Virus record (IMG/VR): IMGVR_UViG_3300044701_002547 | Coordinates: 1-64,000 of that record | DNA from: a virus | Strand: one strand, 5' to 3' | Length of the DNA: 64,000 nt | Shown: positions 30,767 to 40,596 of the stretch, one piece after another | Numbering within the stretch: position 1 is the first letter of the stretch | Layout: every line of letters starts with the position of its first letter | The notes under the pieces: generated by a model | The model's database searches: none | What the model was told of the DNA's origin: nothing | The model's input: only the letters and a program-made list of their open reading frames with translations | Position numbers and translations under genes: made by a program

Positions 30767-32608
30767 ATGCCTACCTTTTCACTTCAGGACGCAAGAACAG
30801 AACAAGTCAAAAATGTAGCATACGGAAACTTTGCATATTGGCCTGAGAGTGCGACTTATGGGTATTATGGTGGTGGGTTTGCTCCTCCTTTTATAAGCAC
30901 CATCAGTCGTCTTGATTTCTCTAATGAAACCGTCAGTGATCCAGGAAACAATTTACCTTCAGTAAGACATCAATTAGCAGCAACCTCAAGTAGTTCTTAT
31001 GGTTACTTTGGTGGTGGTGATACTACTCCTGGTGCTATAAACACCATCAGTCGTCTTGATTTCTCTAATGAAACCGTCAGTAATCCAGGAAATAATTTAC
31101 CTTCACCAAGAATTAATTTCGCAGCAACCTCAAGTAGTTCTTATGGATACTTTGGTGGGGGTTATACTCCAGGTGCTCCAGGTACTCTTCTATGTACTAT
31201 CAGTCGTCTTGATTTCTCTAATGAAACCGTCAGTGATCCAGGAAAGAATTTACCTACAGCAAGAGCAGAATTGACAGCAACTTCAAGTAGTTCTTATGGT
31301 TACTTTGGTGGTGGGTTTGCTCCTCCTGTTATAAGCACCATCAGTCGTCTTGATTTCTCTAATGAAACCGTCAGTGATCCAGGAAACAATTTACCTACAG
31401 CAAGAAGATTTTCATCAGCAACCTCAAGTAGTTCTTATGGATACTTTGGTGGGGGTTATATTCCAGGTCCTCCAGGTATTTTTCTATGTACTATCAGTCG
31501 TCTAGATTTCTCTAATGAAACTGTAAGTAATCCAGGAAAAAATTTACCTTCAGCAAGAGCAGAATTGCCAGCAACTTCAAGTAGTTCTTATGGTTATTTT
31601 GGTGGTGGTTTTAATGGTGCTTACTTAAACACCATCAGTCGTCTTGATTTCTCTAATGAAACCGTCAGTAATTCAGGAAACAATTTACCTACAGCAAGAA
31701 GATATTTATCAGCAGTCTCAAATACCGCAAAGTTTCCCAGAGTGGGTAATAAGACTTATGGTTACTTTGGTGGTGGTGTTACTGTTTCCACCATTGACCT
31801 TCTTGATTTCTCTACAGAAACAGTAACAAGACTAACACCTAAGTTATCTAGAGCAAGAAGTTCTTTAGCAGCAACCTCAAGTAGTTCTTATGGTTACTTT
31901 GGTGGTGGTTATTCTTTTCTCGATACTGCTGATTTTTCTACTATCGACCGTCTAGATTTTTCCAATGAAACCGTCACAGTTCCAACACCTAAGTTATCTC
32001 AAGCAAGAAGTTCTTTAGCAGCAACCTCAAGTAGTTCTTATGGTTACTTTGTTGGTGGTTATGGTTCTTTTACCTATGTTTGCACCATTGACCGTCTAGA
32101 TTTCTCCACAGAAACCGTAACAACACCAGGACCTAAATTATCTCAAGCAAGAGGTGCTTTAGCAGCAGTCTCAAATAGTTCTTATGGTTATTTTGGTGGT
32201 GGTGCTTTTCTTCCCGCTTATGTTTGTACCATTGACCGTCTAGATTTTTCCACAGAAACCGTCACAGTCCCAACACCTAAGTTATCTCAAGCAAGAACTA
32301 CTTCAGCAACCTCAAGTAGTTCTTATGGTTACTTTGGTGGTGGTAATACTGGTATTGCTATTTCCACCATAGACCGTTTAGATTTTTCTACCGAAACCGT
32401 AACAGTACCAACACCTAAGTTATCTCAGGCAAGAGATGCTTTAGCAGCAACCTCAAGTAGTTCTTATGGTTACTTTGGTGGTGGTTTTGCTCCTCCTTCT
32501 GTTTGTACCATTGACCGTCTAGATTTCTCCACAGAAACCGTAACAACATCAATACCTCAATTACCTCAATCAAGAAGTTTTTTAGCAGCAACCTCAAACT
32601 CAAACTAA
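30767..32608 (+). CDS. Kelch-like double beta-propeller protein K3 (12 blades)
   Basis: 12 repeats; ends SNSN. Confidence 0.88.
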   Translation: MPTFSLQDARTEQVKNVAYGNFAYWPESATYGYYGGGFAPPFISTISRLDFSNETVSDPGNNLPSVRHQLAATSSSSYGYFGGGDTTPGAINTISRLDFSNETVSNPGNNLPSPRINFAATSSSSYGYFGGGYTPGAPGTLLCTISRLDFSNETVSDPGKNLPTARAELTATSSSSYGYFGGGFAPPVISTISRLDFSNETVSDPGNNLPTARRFSSATSSSSYGYFGGGYIPGPPGIFLCTISRLDFSNETVSNPGKNLPSARAELPATSSSSYGYFGGGFNGAYLNTISRLDFSNETVSNSGNNLPTARRYLSAVSNTAKFPRVGNKTYGYFGGGVTVSTIDLLDFSTETVTRLTPKLSRARSSLAATSSSSYGYFGGGYSFLDTADFSTIDRLDFSNETVTVPTPKLSQARSSLAATSSSSYGYFVGGYGSFTYVCTIDRLDFSTETVTTPGPKLSQARGALAAVSNSSYGYFGGGAFLPAYVCTIDRLDFSTETVTVPTPKLSQARTTSATSSSSYGYFGGGNTGIAISTIDRLDFSTETVTVPTPKLSQARDALAATSSSSYGYFGGGFAPPSVCTIDRLDFSTETVTTSIPQLPQSRSFLAATSNSN

Positions 32609-32632
32609 ATAAGATACTTACATCATTTTGAT

Positions 32633-33295
32633 ATGAATGATTTACTTTCTAATGTTCTAATTCAACCAAAGGTTCTTACACCAGAGGCAATTGAGTTTCT
32701 TATTCATCACGCAAAGAATTCTCATCAGGAACAGATGGGAGTTTTTGACCCAGACAAAGCAAATCAAACTGGAGAAGATCATCCGGGAAAAATTGATTTA
32801 AAATCAAGAAATGTAAAGGCAGCAGATATTGAAACTATCATTCCTCAAATCAAAGAACTCTATGATAATATAGTTCATCACGTAATCAATCCTTTTTATG
32901 GATTCAAAATCAAAGATAGTGAAATGCCGCAACTATTGGTCTATAATCCAGGAGGACACTACCAGGCACACTATGATGCCGTAGCAAAATGGAAGTGTCC
33001 TGATGGAAATATCATCTGGAAGAAGTCTATAGACCGTGATGTATCTACAGTTCTTTTTCTCAACGATGACTTTGAGGGTGGAAACTTTGTATTCCCAGAT
33101 CTCCGAGTAACCATTCGTCCAGAACCAGGACTTCTAGTTGCCTTTCCATCTTCTCAGTTCTTTGCTCATAAAGTAGAACCAGTCATCTCAGGAACTCGTT
33201 ATACGATGGTCAATTGGATGACCGTTCAAGGATTTAAGACGAAAGCAGAGCAAGACAAAGAATTACAAGATAAATATGGAGTAAAGGTATCTTAG
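32633..33295 (+). CDS. 2OG-Fe(II) oxygenase, prolyl-4-hydroxylase-like
   Basis: YNPGGHYQAHYD (HxD)...FLNDDFEGG...FPS...HKVEPVISGTRY. Confidence 0.92.
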   Translation: MNDLLSNVLIQPKVLTPEAIEFLIHHAKNSHQEQMGVFDPDKANQTGEDHPGKIDLKSRNVKAADIETIIPQIKELYDNIVHHVINPFYGFKIKDSEMPQLLVYNPGGHYQAHYDAVAKWKCPDGNIIWKKSIDRDVSTVLFLNDDFEGGNFVFPDLRVTIRPEPGLLVAFPSSQFFAHKVEPVISGTRYTMVNWMTVQGFKTKAEQDKELQDKYGVKVS

Positions 33296-33870
33296 TTGGT
33301 AAGTAAGGTATAGCACTTATCATTTCGGTCATAAGCATAGTCAGCATACTGACCATTTTTTCTAACAAAGTGTAGGAACAACTGCATAAAGCGGTCATTC
33401 TCGTGAGTTCTCAAAGGACTTCTCCAGTGAGGTACAATCGTTCCAAGATAAGCAAGACCATCTCCAACTGGTGTGACGACTTCTCTTCTTTTACCAGTCA
33501 GGTCTTTGAGTTTGATAGGCCACGCAGCATCACCACAAATATTCATCGTGACTGAAATTTCACAAGATGGGCGGTCAGTATGACAGTTCATCCATCCACC
33601 TTTATGATAAGTTGTAGAGAACCAATAAGATGGGATGAGTTCTTCTCCAAGTAGTTCTTCTAGAATTGGTTGAACTCTTTTCATTACAAAAGCACAAGAA
33701 GGTGGAGCATAACAAGTCAATACTCTACCTCTCTCTGGATCCCAGTGTCCTTCAAGAGAACCTAAGTCACTCATCGCACCACAGAGATTTTGATACTTGA
33801 TACTAATTGCTTCTTCTGGTGTAATAATTTTAGGAAGATAATACCAACCTTTTCTTACAAACTCACTCAT
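33292..33870 (-). CDS. 2OG-Fe(II) oxygenase-like protein
   Basis: HTDRPSCEISVT (HxD)...GDGLAYLG...HWR...QLFLHFV. Confidence 0.85.
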   Translation of the reverse strand: MSEFVRKGWYYLPKIITPEEAISIKYQNLCGAMSDLGSLEGHWDPERGRVLTCYAPPSCAFVMKRVQPILEELLGEELIPSYWFSTTYHKGGWMNCHTDRPSCEISVTMNICGDAAWPIKLKDLTGKRREVVTPVGDGLAYLGTIVPHWRSPLRTHENDRFMQLFLHFVRKNGQYADYAYDRNDKCYTLLTN

Positions 33871-33948
33871 ACTTATAATTACTTTATAGTATGTATTCTA
33901 CCATAAATACATAAAAGTTTGTTGTAGTATAATTTTTGGAATTATAAA

Positions 33949-34830
33949 ATGCCAACCAATCTTTCTACATTTTTAAGTTCTAATTTTGATGGTGCTCAAG
34001 GTACTCAAGGTATTCAGGGAACACAAGGCACGCAAGGAATTCAAGGAACTCAAGGTATTACTGGTTCTCAAGGTACTCAAGGAATCCAGGGCATTCAAGG
34101 AATCCAGGGCATTCAAGGTACTCAAGGAATCCAGGGCATTCAAGGTCTTGGTCCAACAGTAAATGTTGTTGTTTATGATACAGGTTCCAACGCAACTTAT
34201 ACTGCTCCCGCAGGATTGATACAGGCTTTGGTTCATGTAACTGGAGGCGGTGGAGGAGGTGGTGGTGCTGACGGGGCTGATACTGCCTCTGGTTCTGGTG
34301 GCGGTGGTGGTGGAGCAGGAGGAACTGCAATCAAATTATACACTGCCGCAGAAGTAGGGGCAACTGCAACTTATACTGTAGGCGCTGCTGGTGGTGCTGG
34401 TGCTGCAGCAGGCGGAACATCAGGAACCGCAGGAGGAAACAGTTTCTTTATTCCTGTTGGTGCTGGTTCTTCAATTACAGGACTTGGTGGTGCGTTAGGA
34501 TCTGGTGGAGGTGCTCCTGGTGTTGGTGCCGCTGGTCTTGGAGGACTTGGAGGTAGTGCTACGGGTGGAGATATAAATATTCCTGGTGGTGGTGGTGGTT
34601 CTGGGGCGGGTGATGATGTTGCCGAAATTGCTGTTGGTGGAGTTGGGGGGGGATCTTATTGGGGAGGAGGTGGTAGAGGAGGAGCAGCTCAAGGTGGTGC
34701 AGTTTCTGCAGGCACTGCATCTGTAACTTATGGTGCTGGTGGAGGAGGTGCTGCGAATATAGATAGTACAACTGGTGCTGCTGGAGGTGTTGGAGATACT
34801 GGTGTCATTTATATTGTAGAATATACATAA
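33949..34830 (+). CDS. Short GXQ collagen plus glycine-rich domain protein (adhesin-like), paralog A
   Basis: MPTNLSTFL, short GXQ run, then YTAP...[10 protein letters not shown]...YGAGGGG...GVIYIVEY. Confidence 0.75.
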   Translation: MPTNLSTFLSSNFDGAQGTQGIQGTQGTQGIQGTQGITGSQGTQGIQGIQGIQGIQGTQGIQGIQGLGPTVNVVVYDTGSNATYTAPAGLIQALVHVTGGGGGGGGADGADTASGSGGGGGGAGGTAIKLYTAAEVGATATYTVGAAGGAGAAAGGTSGTAGGNSFFIPVGAGSSITGLGGALGSGGGAPGVGAAGLGGLGGSATGGDINIPGGGGGSGAGDDVAEIAVGGVGGGSYWGGGGRGGAAQGGAVSAGTASVTYGAGGGGAANIDSTTGAAGGVGDTGVIYIVEYT

Positions 34831-34831
34831 A

Positions 34832-35719
34832 ATGCCGACAAATCTTTCTAATTTTTTAAGTTCTAATTTTCAGGGAACTCAAGGTGTTCAAGGTATTCAA
34901 GGTACTTTGGGAACTCAAGGTATTATGGGTATTCAGGGGATTTCTGTAGTAACTCAAGGTATTCAAGGTATTCAAGGTATTCAAGGTATTCAAGGTATTC
35001 AAGGTATTCAAGGTATTCAAGGAATCAAAGGGGATCATTTATTAGGACTTCAAGTTTATACCACAGGATCTGGTGCAACCTATACTGCGCCGACAGGATT
35101 GAAGAAAGCAATAGTTTATGTAACAGGCGGTGGAGCAGGTGGAGGTGGCGCTGATGGTGCTGCTGCAGACACATCCAATGGAACTGGAGGTGGTGGCGGT
35201 GGTGCTGGTGGAACTGTAATTAAAGTTTATACCGCAGCAGAAATGGGAGCAACTGCCACTTATACTGTAGGATCAAATGGTACTGGCGGATCTGAAACAG
35301 GAGGTACTGATGGAACTGCAGGAGGAAATACTACCTTTGATCCCGCCGGAACAGGTGCAACTCTAACTGCAAATGGTGGTGCGTTAGGATCTGGTGGGGG
35401 AGCACCGTCAACTGGTGGTACTGGTCTTGGAGGACTTGGAGGTAGTGCTACGGGTGGAGATATAAACATTCCGGGTGGTGACGGTGGTTCGGGAGTAGGT
35501 AATGATGTTGCCGAAATTGCTATAGGAGGTATGGGAGGTTCATCATATTGGGGAGGAGGTGGTAGAGGAGGAGCAGCTCAAGGTGGTGCAGTTTCTGCAG
35601 GCACTGCATCTGTAACTTATGGTGCTGGTGGAGGAGGTGCTGCTAATATAGATACTAGTGCAGGATCTGCCGGTGGTGATGGAATTGGTGGTGTTATTTA
35701 CATACTAGAATACTTATAG
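34832..35719 (+). CDS. Short GXQ collagen plus glycine-rich domain protein, paralog B
   Basis: Colinear with paralog A; 7 perfect CAAGGTATT copies at 34955-35017. Confidence 0.75.
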   Translation: MPTNLSNFLSSNFQGTQGVQGIQGTLGTQGIMGIQGISVVTQGIQGIQGIQGIQGIQGIQGIQGIKGDHLLGLQVYTTGSGATYTAPTGLKKAIVYVTGGGAGGGGADGAAADTSNGTGGGGGGAGGTVIKVYTAAEMGATATYTVGSNGTGGSETGGTDGTAGGNTTFDPAGTGATLTANGGALGSGGGAPSTGGTGLGGLGGSATGGDINIPGGDGGSGVGNDVAEIAIGGMGGSSYWGGGGRGGAAQGGAVSAGTASVTYGAGGGGAANIDTSAGSAGGDGIGGVIYILEYL

Positions 35720-35723
35720 AAAA

Positions 35724-36104
35724 ATGAGAGTTTGTCTTTTAGATACAGTTACAAAAAAAGTTATCAATGTTGTTTCTCTGAATAGTCCAGAGGAACATAA
35801 TCCAACACCAGGAATTGAAGTTGCTCCACAGCACGATGGAGATATTGGTTGGACTTGGACTGAATCTGGATGGGTTTATCCACAACCACCAGAACCAACA
35901 TTAGAAGAACTTGCAGAAAAACAGAGAGAACTTAGAGATAAGTGGTTAAGAATTTATGTGGATAAAATTAATGCAATACGATGGGAAGCATTTACTCAAC
36001 AACAAAAAAATGATTGGATTGCTTATCGCCAAGCACTCTTAGATGTTCCACAACAGGAAGAGTTCCCCAATACTATTAATTGGCCTATTCCACCTGAACT
36101 ATAA
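35724..36104 (+). CDS. Tail fibre assembly chaperone
   Basis: R..RDKWL...W..YRQALLDVPQQEEFPNTINWP motif. Confidence 0.85.
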   Translation: MRVCLLDTVTKKVINVVSLNSPEEHNPTPGIEVAPQHDGDIGWTWTESGWVYPQPPEPTLEELAEKQRELRDKWLRIYVDKINAIRWEAFTQQQKNDWIAYRQALLDVPQQEEFPNTINWPIPPEL

Positions 36105-36123
36105 ATATTAAAAAAACACGAGA

Positions 36124-37749
36124 ATGAATAACTATTCTAAAATTCTACATCATACTAGTCCATCCAAAAAGAAAACAACTCCTAAAAGTTCTTCAAGTAA
36201 GAAAAGAACTTTTGAGGAGTATGAAGCAGATCAGAAAAAAACAGAAGTAGATAAATTACAGGAAAAAACAGAAGAACTTCAAAGAAATGTTCAGTTTCTT
36301 GAAAATTATATTGTAAATCATCACGACGAAGTTTATGAACTTCGCCAAGAACTCAAAAATCAAGTAATACCTATACCAAAACAACAATTAAATGAAGGTT
36401 TGCTCAATGAACCTCCAGAAATAAAAAACAGTGATCCACTTACACCCCTAGATCAACAATTTGTAACTGTTCAACAACTTAACGATCATTATCAACTTTT
36501 CATTAATCGTATCCAACAGCAGATGGCAACGATTGGTGGAGGTGGTGAAACTCAGTTCAAGTTTCTTGATGACGTTGTAAATTTTATTTTCGTCGGGACT
36601 ATAAATGATCTCCCAAGTCCAGTAAATGGTGTAATCAATCTTAAAGATAACTACACTTATTTCTTCACAACAACTGTAGATTTAAATGGTAATCGTTTAG
36701 TTGCTGGAGATAACACAACTATTCTTGGTGGATCATCTGAGAACTGTAGAATTAAATCTACTGGTATTGCTACTGATGTCGCTTTGTTGAGTAGTGTTTA
36801 TTCTCTTCCAATCAGAAACATTACTCTTGAAGCACCTTATGCAATCAATCTTCAAGCATCTATTCCTTCAGTTCATGCACTTGATTGGTTCGGAGTTAAT
36901 TTTACCAACTGTGCAAAGGTAGGTATTATTTCTTCCTATAACAACTTCATTATGCTTGATGGTGCATTTCTTAACTCTCAAGACTTAACTTTTGATGGGA
37001 CAACTGGTACAGTAGGATTTAATCAGTGTCTTTTCACTGGAAACTTTGGATTAGGTGGTTCAAAATCTATTCTCAATTTTCCAAATACTTTTAGTTGCAC
37101 TCGTCGTATTCGCGCAACAACTTGCTCTTTTGTTGTTCCATCTGGATATACTGGCATTACAGTTCAAGATGGAGTAAATTTTGCTATTGCAGAAAGTTTT
37201 ATTCTTCAAACTTGTAACTTCTCAGGTCCAGGAACAAAACTTGGAATTAGTACTCATACCAACATAGATGGTAGAGATGCCTTTTTTGATTCGAACAGAG
37301 GTATTGATAATAGTTTTGTAATCGGGCAGTATTATATGAAGGATAATGCCACTCAAACTTCTTTTGCATCTACAGATACCTATACTAAGATTGCTGGTAT
37401 TACAACAACTGCAGGTGCAAGAAACTCAAAATTTACTCATACAGATAATCGTTTAACTTGCATTGCTGGAGTTGAAAGAGAATATCTTACTCAGGTCACT
37501 TTAACATTAGTTCCAAGCGAATATACGAATTTTAAAGTTGCTATCTATGATAGTTCTAATGGTGGGGAATATTTGACAGCATCGGAAGTTACAATGGAAG
37601 GAACACAAGGAGATACAAGATCTGTTACTCTTACTGATGTCCATAAACATAATCTAAATGATTATGTTGAGATTCATATATCAAATCTTGAGGATACGAA
37701 CCCAATCACAGTAACAGATTTAAATGTTTTAGTCACTCAGTTAGGATAA
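36124..37749 (+). CDS. Virion-associated protein with coiled-coil N-terminus
   Basis: EGLLNEPP...DPLTPLDQQFVT...RIQQQMATIGGGGE motif recalled from cyanophages; beta-rich C-terminus; TATAAATA at 36100-36107. Confidence 0.6.
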   Translation: MNNYSKILHHTSPSKKKTTPKSSSSKKRTFEEYEADQKKTEVDKLQEKTEELQRNVQFLENYIVNHHDEVYELRQELKNQVIPIPKQQLNEGLLNEPPEIKNSDPLTPLDQQFVTVQQLNDHYQLFINRIQQQMATIGGGGETQFKFLDDVVNFIFVGTINDLPSPVNGVINLKDNYTYFFTTTVDLNGNRLVAGDNTTILGGSSENCRIKSTGIATDVALLSSVYSLPIRNITLEAPYAINLQASIPSVHALDWFGVNFTNCAKVGIISSYNNFIMLDGAFLNSQDLTFDGTTGTVGFNQCLFTGNFGLGGSKSILNFPNTFSCTRRIRATTCSFVVPSGYTGITVQDGVNFAIAESFILQTCNFSGPGTKLGISTHTNIDGRDAFFDSNRGIDNSFVIGQYYMKDNATQTSFASTDTYTKIAGITTTAGARNSKFTHTDNRLTCIAGVEREYLTQVTLTLVPSEYTNFKVAIYDSSNGGEYLTASEVTMEGTQGDTRSVTLTDVHKHNLNDYVEIHISNLEDTNPITVTDLNVLVTQLG

Positions 37750-37779
37750 TAAATACTCTCAAGAACTCATTATGTTTTT

Positions 37780-38757
37780 ATGAACTTCGTAAAACTTGCC
37801 TTAGATAATGGTGGTTCAATTCACCCACTCATAATTCCAGCAGAATATACTAATGGAACTGGAATTATGAATCCTTCCATCTTTGTAGATGGAGATAAGA
37901 TAAGAGTAATCATTCGCCACGTTAATTATACCTTCTATCATTCTGAAAAAAAATTATTTCAACATCAATGGGGTCCTTTGACTTATGTGCATCCTGAGAA
38001 TGATATGCACTTAAGAACTCATAATTATTATTGCGAACTGGATGATAATTACTCTATCACTAGGTTCAATAAAATTGATACCTCAAAATTTCCTGATAAA
38101 GAACTTTGGGATTTTGTTGGTTTAGAGGATGCAAGAATTTTTAAATGGAACGAGAAACTTTATATCTCAGGTGTGAGGAGAGACTTAGATACAATTGGAA
38201 CGGGGAGAATGGAACTCTGTGAAATTGTTGTCTCTGAAAATACTGTGGAGGAAGTAGATAGATTCCGCATTCCACCACCAAATGATCCGAATTCTTACTG
38301 TGAAAAGAATTGGATGCCAATTCTTGATATGCCATTTCATTATGTGAAGTGGTCCAATCCAACAGAAGTGGTTAAAGTGGATCCTGAAACACAAACTTCG
38401 ACTACAGTTCATATGGCAGATATGATTCCTCTTCCTAGAGATTTGCGTGGGGGATCACAGGTTCTTACTGTTGGAGACCATTATATAACTTGTACTCATG
38501 AAGTTGATTTATTCAATAGTGAGGTTGGAAGAAAGGATGCAAGATACTATCATCGTTTTATAGTCTGGGACAAGAATTGGAATATTACTCTTCATACTAA
38601 AGAATTTAATTTTATGGATGGTGATGTTGAGTTCTGTGTAGGAATGGCAAAACATAATGGAAATTTTTTAATGACCTTTGGATTTCAGGATAACGCTGCT
38701 TATCTACTTAAAGTTCCTGAAGATTTTATGGAGAAGTTTATAAATGAGAATAGTTGA
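37780..38757 (+). CDS. Five-bladed propeller, GH130-like glycoside phosphorylase/hydrolase or beta-mannosyltransferase-like protein
   Basis: NPSI...GLEDARIF...EKNWMP...LRGGSQ...VEFCVG...FGFQD. Confidence 0.65.
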   Translation: MNFVKLALDNGGSIHPLIIPAEYTNGTGIMNPSIFVDGDKIRVIIRHVNYTFYHSEKKLFQHQWGPLTYVHPENDMHLRTHNYYCELDDNYSITRFNKIDTSKFPDKELWDFVGLEDARIFKWNEKLYISGVRRDLDTIGTGRMELCEIVVSENTVEEVDRFRIPPPNDPNSYCEKNWMPILDMPFHYVKWSNPTEVVKVDPETQTSTTVHMADMIPLPRDLRGGSQVLTVGDHYITCTHEVDLFNSEVGRKDARYYHRFIVWDKNWNITLHTKEFNFMDGDVEFCVGMAKHNGNFLMTFGFQDNAAYLLKVPEDFMEKFINENS

Positions 38758-39610
38758 TTGTTTTCCTTATTTCAACGAGAAAGAATTATTAGAACTTCGA
38801 ATTAATCTACTTTATGATAAGGTAGATCAGTTTATTATTTGTGATGCGAATAAAACTCATAAAGGAGATTCGAAATCTTTTACTTGTAAAGAGACTCTTG
38901 AAAACCTTGGCCTATTATCGGATAAAATTCAAGTCCTGGAATTGGATTTACCTTCTTATGAGAAGGAACCAAATGCTTGGGTAAGAGAAAGAATGCAGAG
39001 AAATGTTGCAGCAAACCTTATACAAGATGATGATATTTTTATCGTAGGGGACTGTGATGAAATCATCAATCCAGATTTTGTTGAGTATTACGCAAATGTG
39101 GCAAAACAAAATCCAAATAATATTTTAAGAATTCCTATGATATTCTTAAATGGTAGAGCAGACCTAAGAGTTTATGGACCTAATAATCAACCTGTTCCCT
39201 GGGGAGCTGCTTTTTTGTGTATGAAACATCATTTGCAAAGATATACTCTCTCTGATATTCGTGAGTCTTATGCTCTGTGTAAAAATGATATTGTGTATTC
39301 TGATGTCTTTACATATGATAATGGAATCGTAGAAGATGCTGGTTGGCATTTTAGTTGGATGGGAGATTTAAATAGATTAAAAATCAAACAGGAATCTTTC
39401 CTTCACTGGGATGAAGTATCGCTCCAAAATAATTTTGAAGCAAAAGAAAACTCTACAGATTGTTTGGGGAGAAAAGATCATATCTTAAAAAAATATTCAG
39501 TTAATCTCTTGCCTCAAAAAATATTTGAACTTAAGACAGTTCAAGAGTTTTTATTTCAGTCAAGTTCAAATCAAGTAAAGGAAAAGTATTCGCATTTGTT
39601 TATATCATGA
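38744..39610 (+). CDS. GT17-family (MGAT3-like) glycosyltransferase
   Basis: DCFPYFNEKELLELRI...RERMQRN...GDCDEI...AGWHFSW. Confidence 0.88.
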   Translation: MRIVDCFPYFNEKELLELRINLLYDKVDQFIICDANKTHKGDSKSFTCKETLENLGLLSDKIQVLELDLPSYEKEPNAWVRERMQRNVAANLIQDDDIFIVGDCDEIINPDFVEYYANVAKQNPNNILRIPMIFLNGRADLRVYGPNNQPVPWGAAFLCMKHHLQRYTLSDIRESYALCKNDIVYSDVFTYDNGIVEDAGWHFSWMGDLNRLKIKQESFLHWDEVSLQNNFEAKENSTDCLGRKDHILKKYSVNLLPQKIFELKTVQEFLFQSSSNQVKEKYSHLFIS

Positions 39611-40596
39611 GAGTAGGATTTCATAGTTTTCAAATGGGTCAACGGGGGACAGAGATATGTCTTCATAAGTATGCGAAGTACAATAGAGAAATCTTAGGAA
39701 ATGAATCTGTAATCATTTCTTCAATCGCACATCCAACATATTGTTTAGATAGATTCAAAGACTTTGATGTTATTTTATATCCAGAGTATTGGATCAACGA
39801 CGGAAGAAATGATGCTCTTCGACAAAAGTTAGAATTGATTTGTGATCGAAATAAGATTGATGCATTTTATGCCATTAAGATGGGAGAGAATGATGGAATT
39901 ATGCCAACGAACGTGAAGACTTTAACTCATTGTGTCTTCAGAATGGATGATCCACACGGTACAGTTTATGCTGGAGTTTGTAAGTATATGTCAGATAAAC
40001 ACGGTGGAGTACATCCATACGTTCATCATATTTTGGAAAAAGATGCCCCACATATTGAAGATGATTTGAGAGAAGAACTTGGAATTCCAAAGGGAGATTT
40101 AGTTCTCGGAAGACACGGTGGATATGAAACTTTTAATCTTGACTTTACTTATGGTGCTATTTCCAGAGCACTCAGTTCTAGAAAAGATCTTTGGTTTGTT
40201 TTTCTGAATACCAAAGAGTTCATTCAGCACGAAAGAGTCATCTATCTTCCTTGGACTATGGATGTAGAATACAAGTCTAGATTTGTGAATACTTGCGATG
40301 CTATGATGCACGGAAGACTTGATGGTGAAGTTTTTAGTTTGTCTCTTGCCGAATTTTCATTTCGGAATAAACCGATTATCACTTGGAATCCTGTAGAAGT
40401 TCCTTGGTATTATGATGTCGGACACATATATTTGATGAAAGATAGCGCAATATATTACCAGGATGAGAACGAACTATATACAATACTTACTAACTTAGAT
40501 CAGAACAAAATTAAAGATTACGATTGGGGTGAGTATTGTTATTCTTATACTAAGGAAAGTGTTATGGAAGAATTTAATGAGGTATTTTTAAAATGA
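39607..40596 (+). CDS. GT-B fold glycosyltransferase-like protein
   Basis: RGTE...LREELGIP...GRHGGYETF...FVNTCDAMMHGRLDGEVFSLSLAEF...KPIIT. Confidence 0.75.
   Translation: MRVGFHSFQMGQRGTEICLHKYAKYNREILGNESVIISSIAHPTYCLDRFKDFDVILYPEYWINDGRNDALRQKLELICDRNKIDAFYAIKMGENDGIMPTNVKTLTHCVFRMDDPHGTVYAGVCKYMSDKHGGVHPYVHHILEKDAPHIEDDLREELGIPKGDLVLGRHGGYETFNLDFTYGAISRALSSRKDLWFVFLNTKEFIQHERVIYLPWTMDVEYKSRFVNTCDAMMHGRLDGEVFSLSLAEFSFRNKPIITWNPVEVPWYYDVGHIYLMKDSAIYYQDENELYTILTNLDQNKIKDYDWGEYCYSYTKESVMEEFNEVFLK

Noticed and set aside
23830-32608. CRISPR-like repeat/spacer appearance of propeller DNA
   Set aside because: Repeats are in-frame coding blades of about 140-150 nt with codon-multiple loops; no cas operon, and the Cas4-like nuclease at 50138 is a core phage gene
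32633-33295. Prolyl hydroxylase acting on the collagen repeats
   Set aside because: The GXQ blocks contain no proline
13734-35719. Diversity-generating retroelement as the source of variation
   Set aside because: No reverse transcriptase in the window and no template/variable pair differing specifically at adenines
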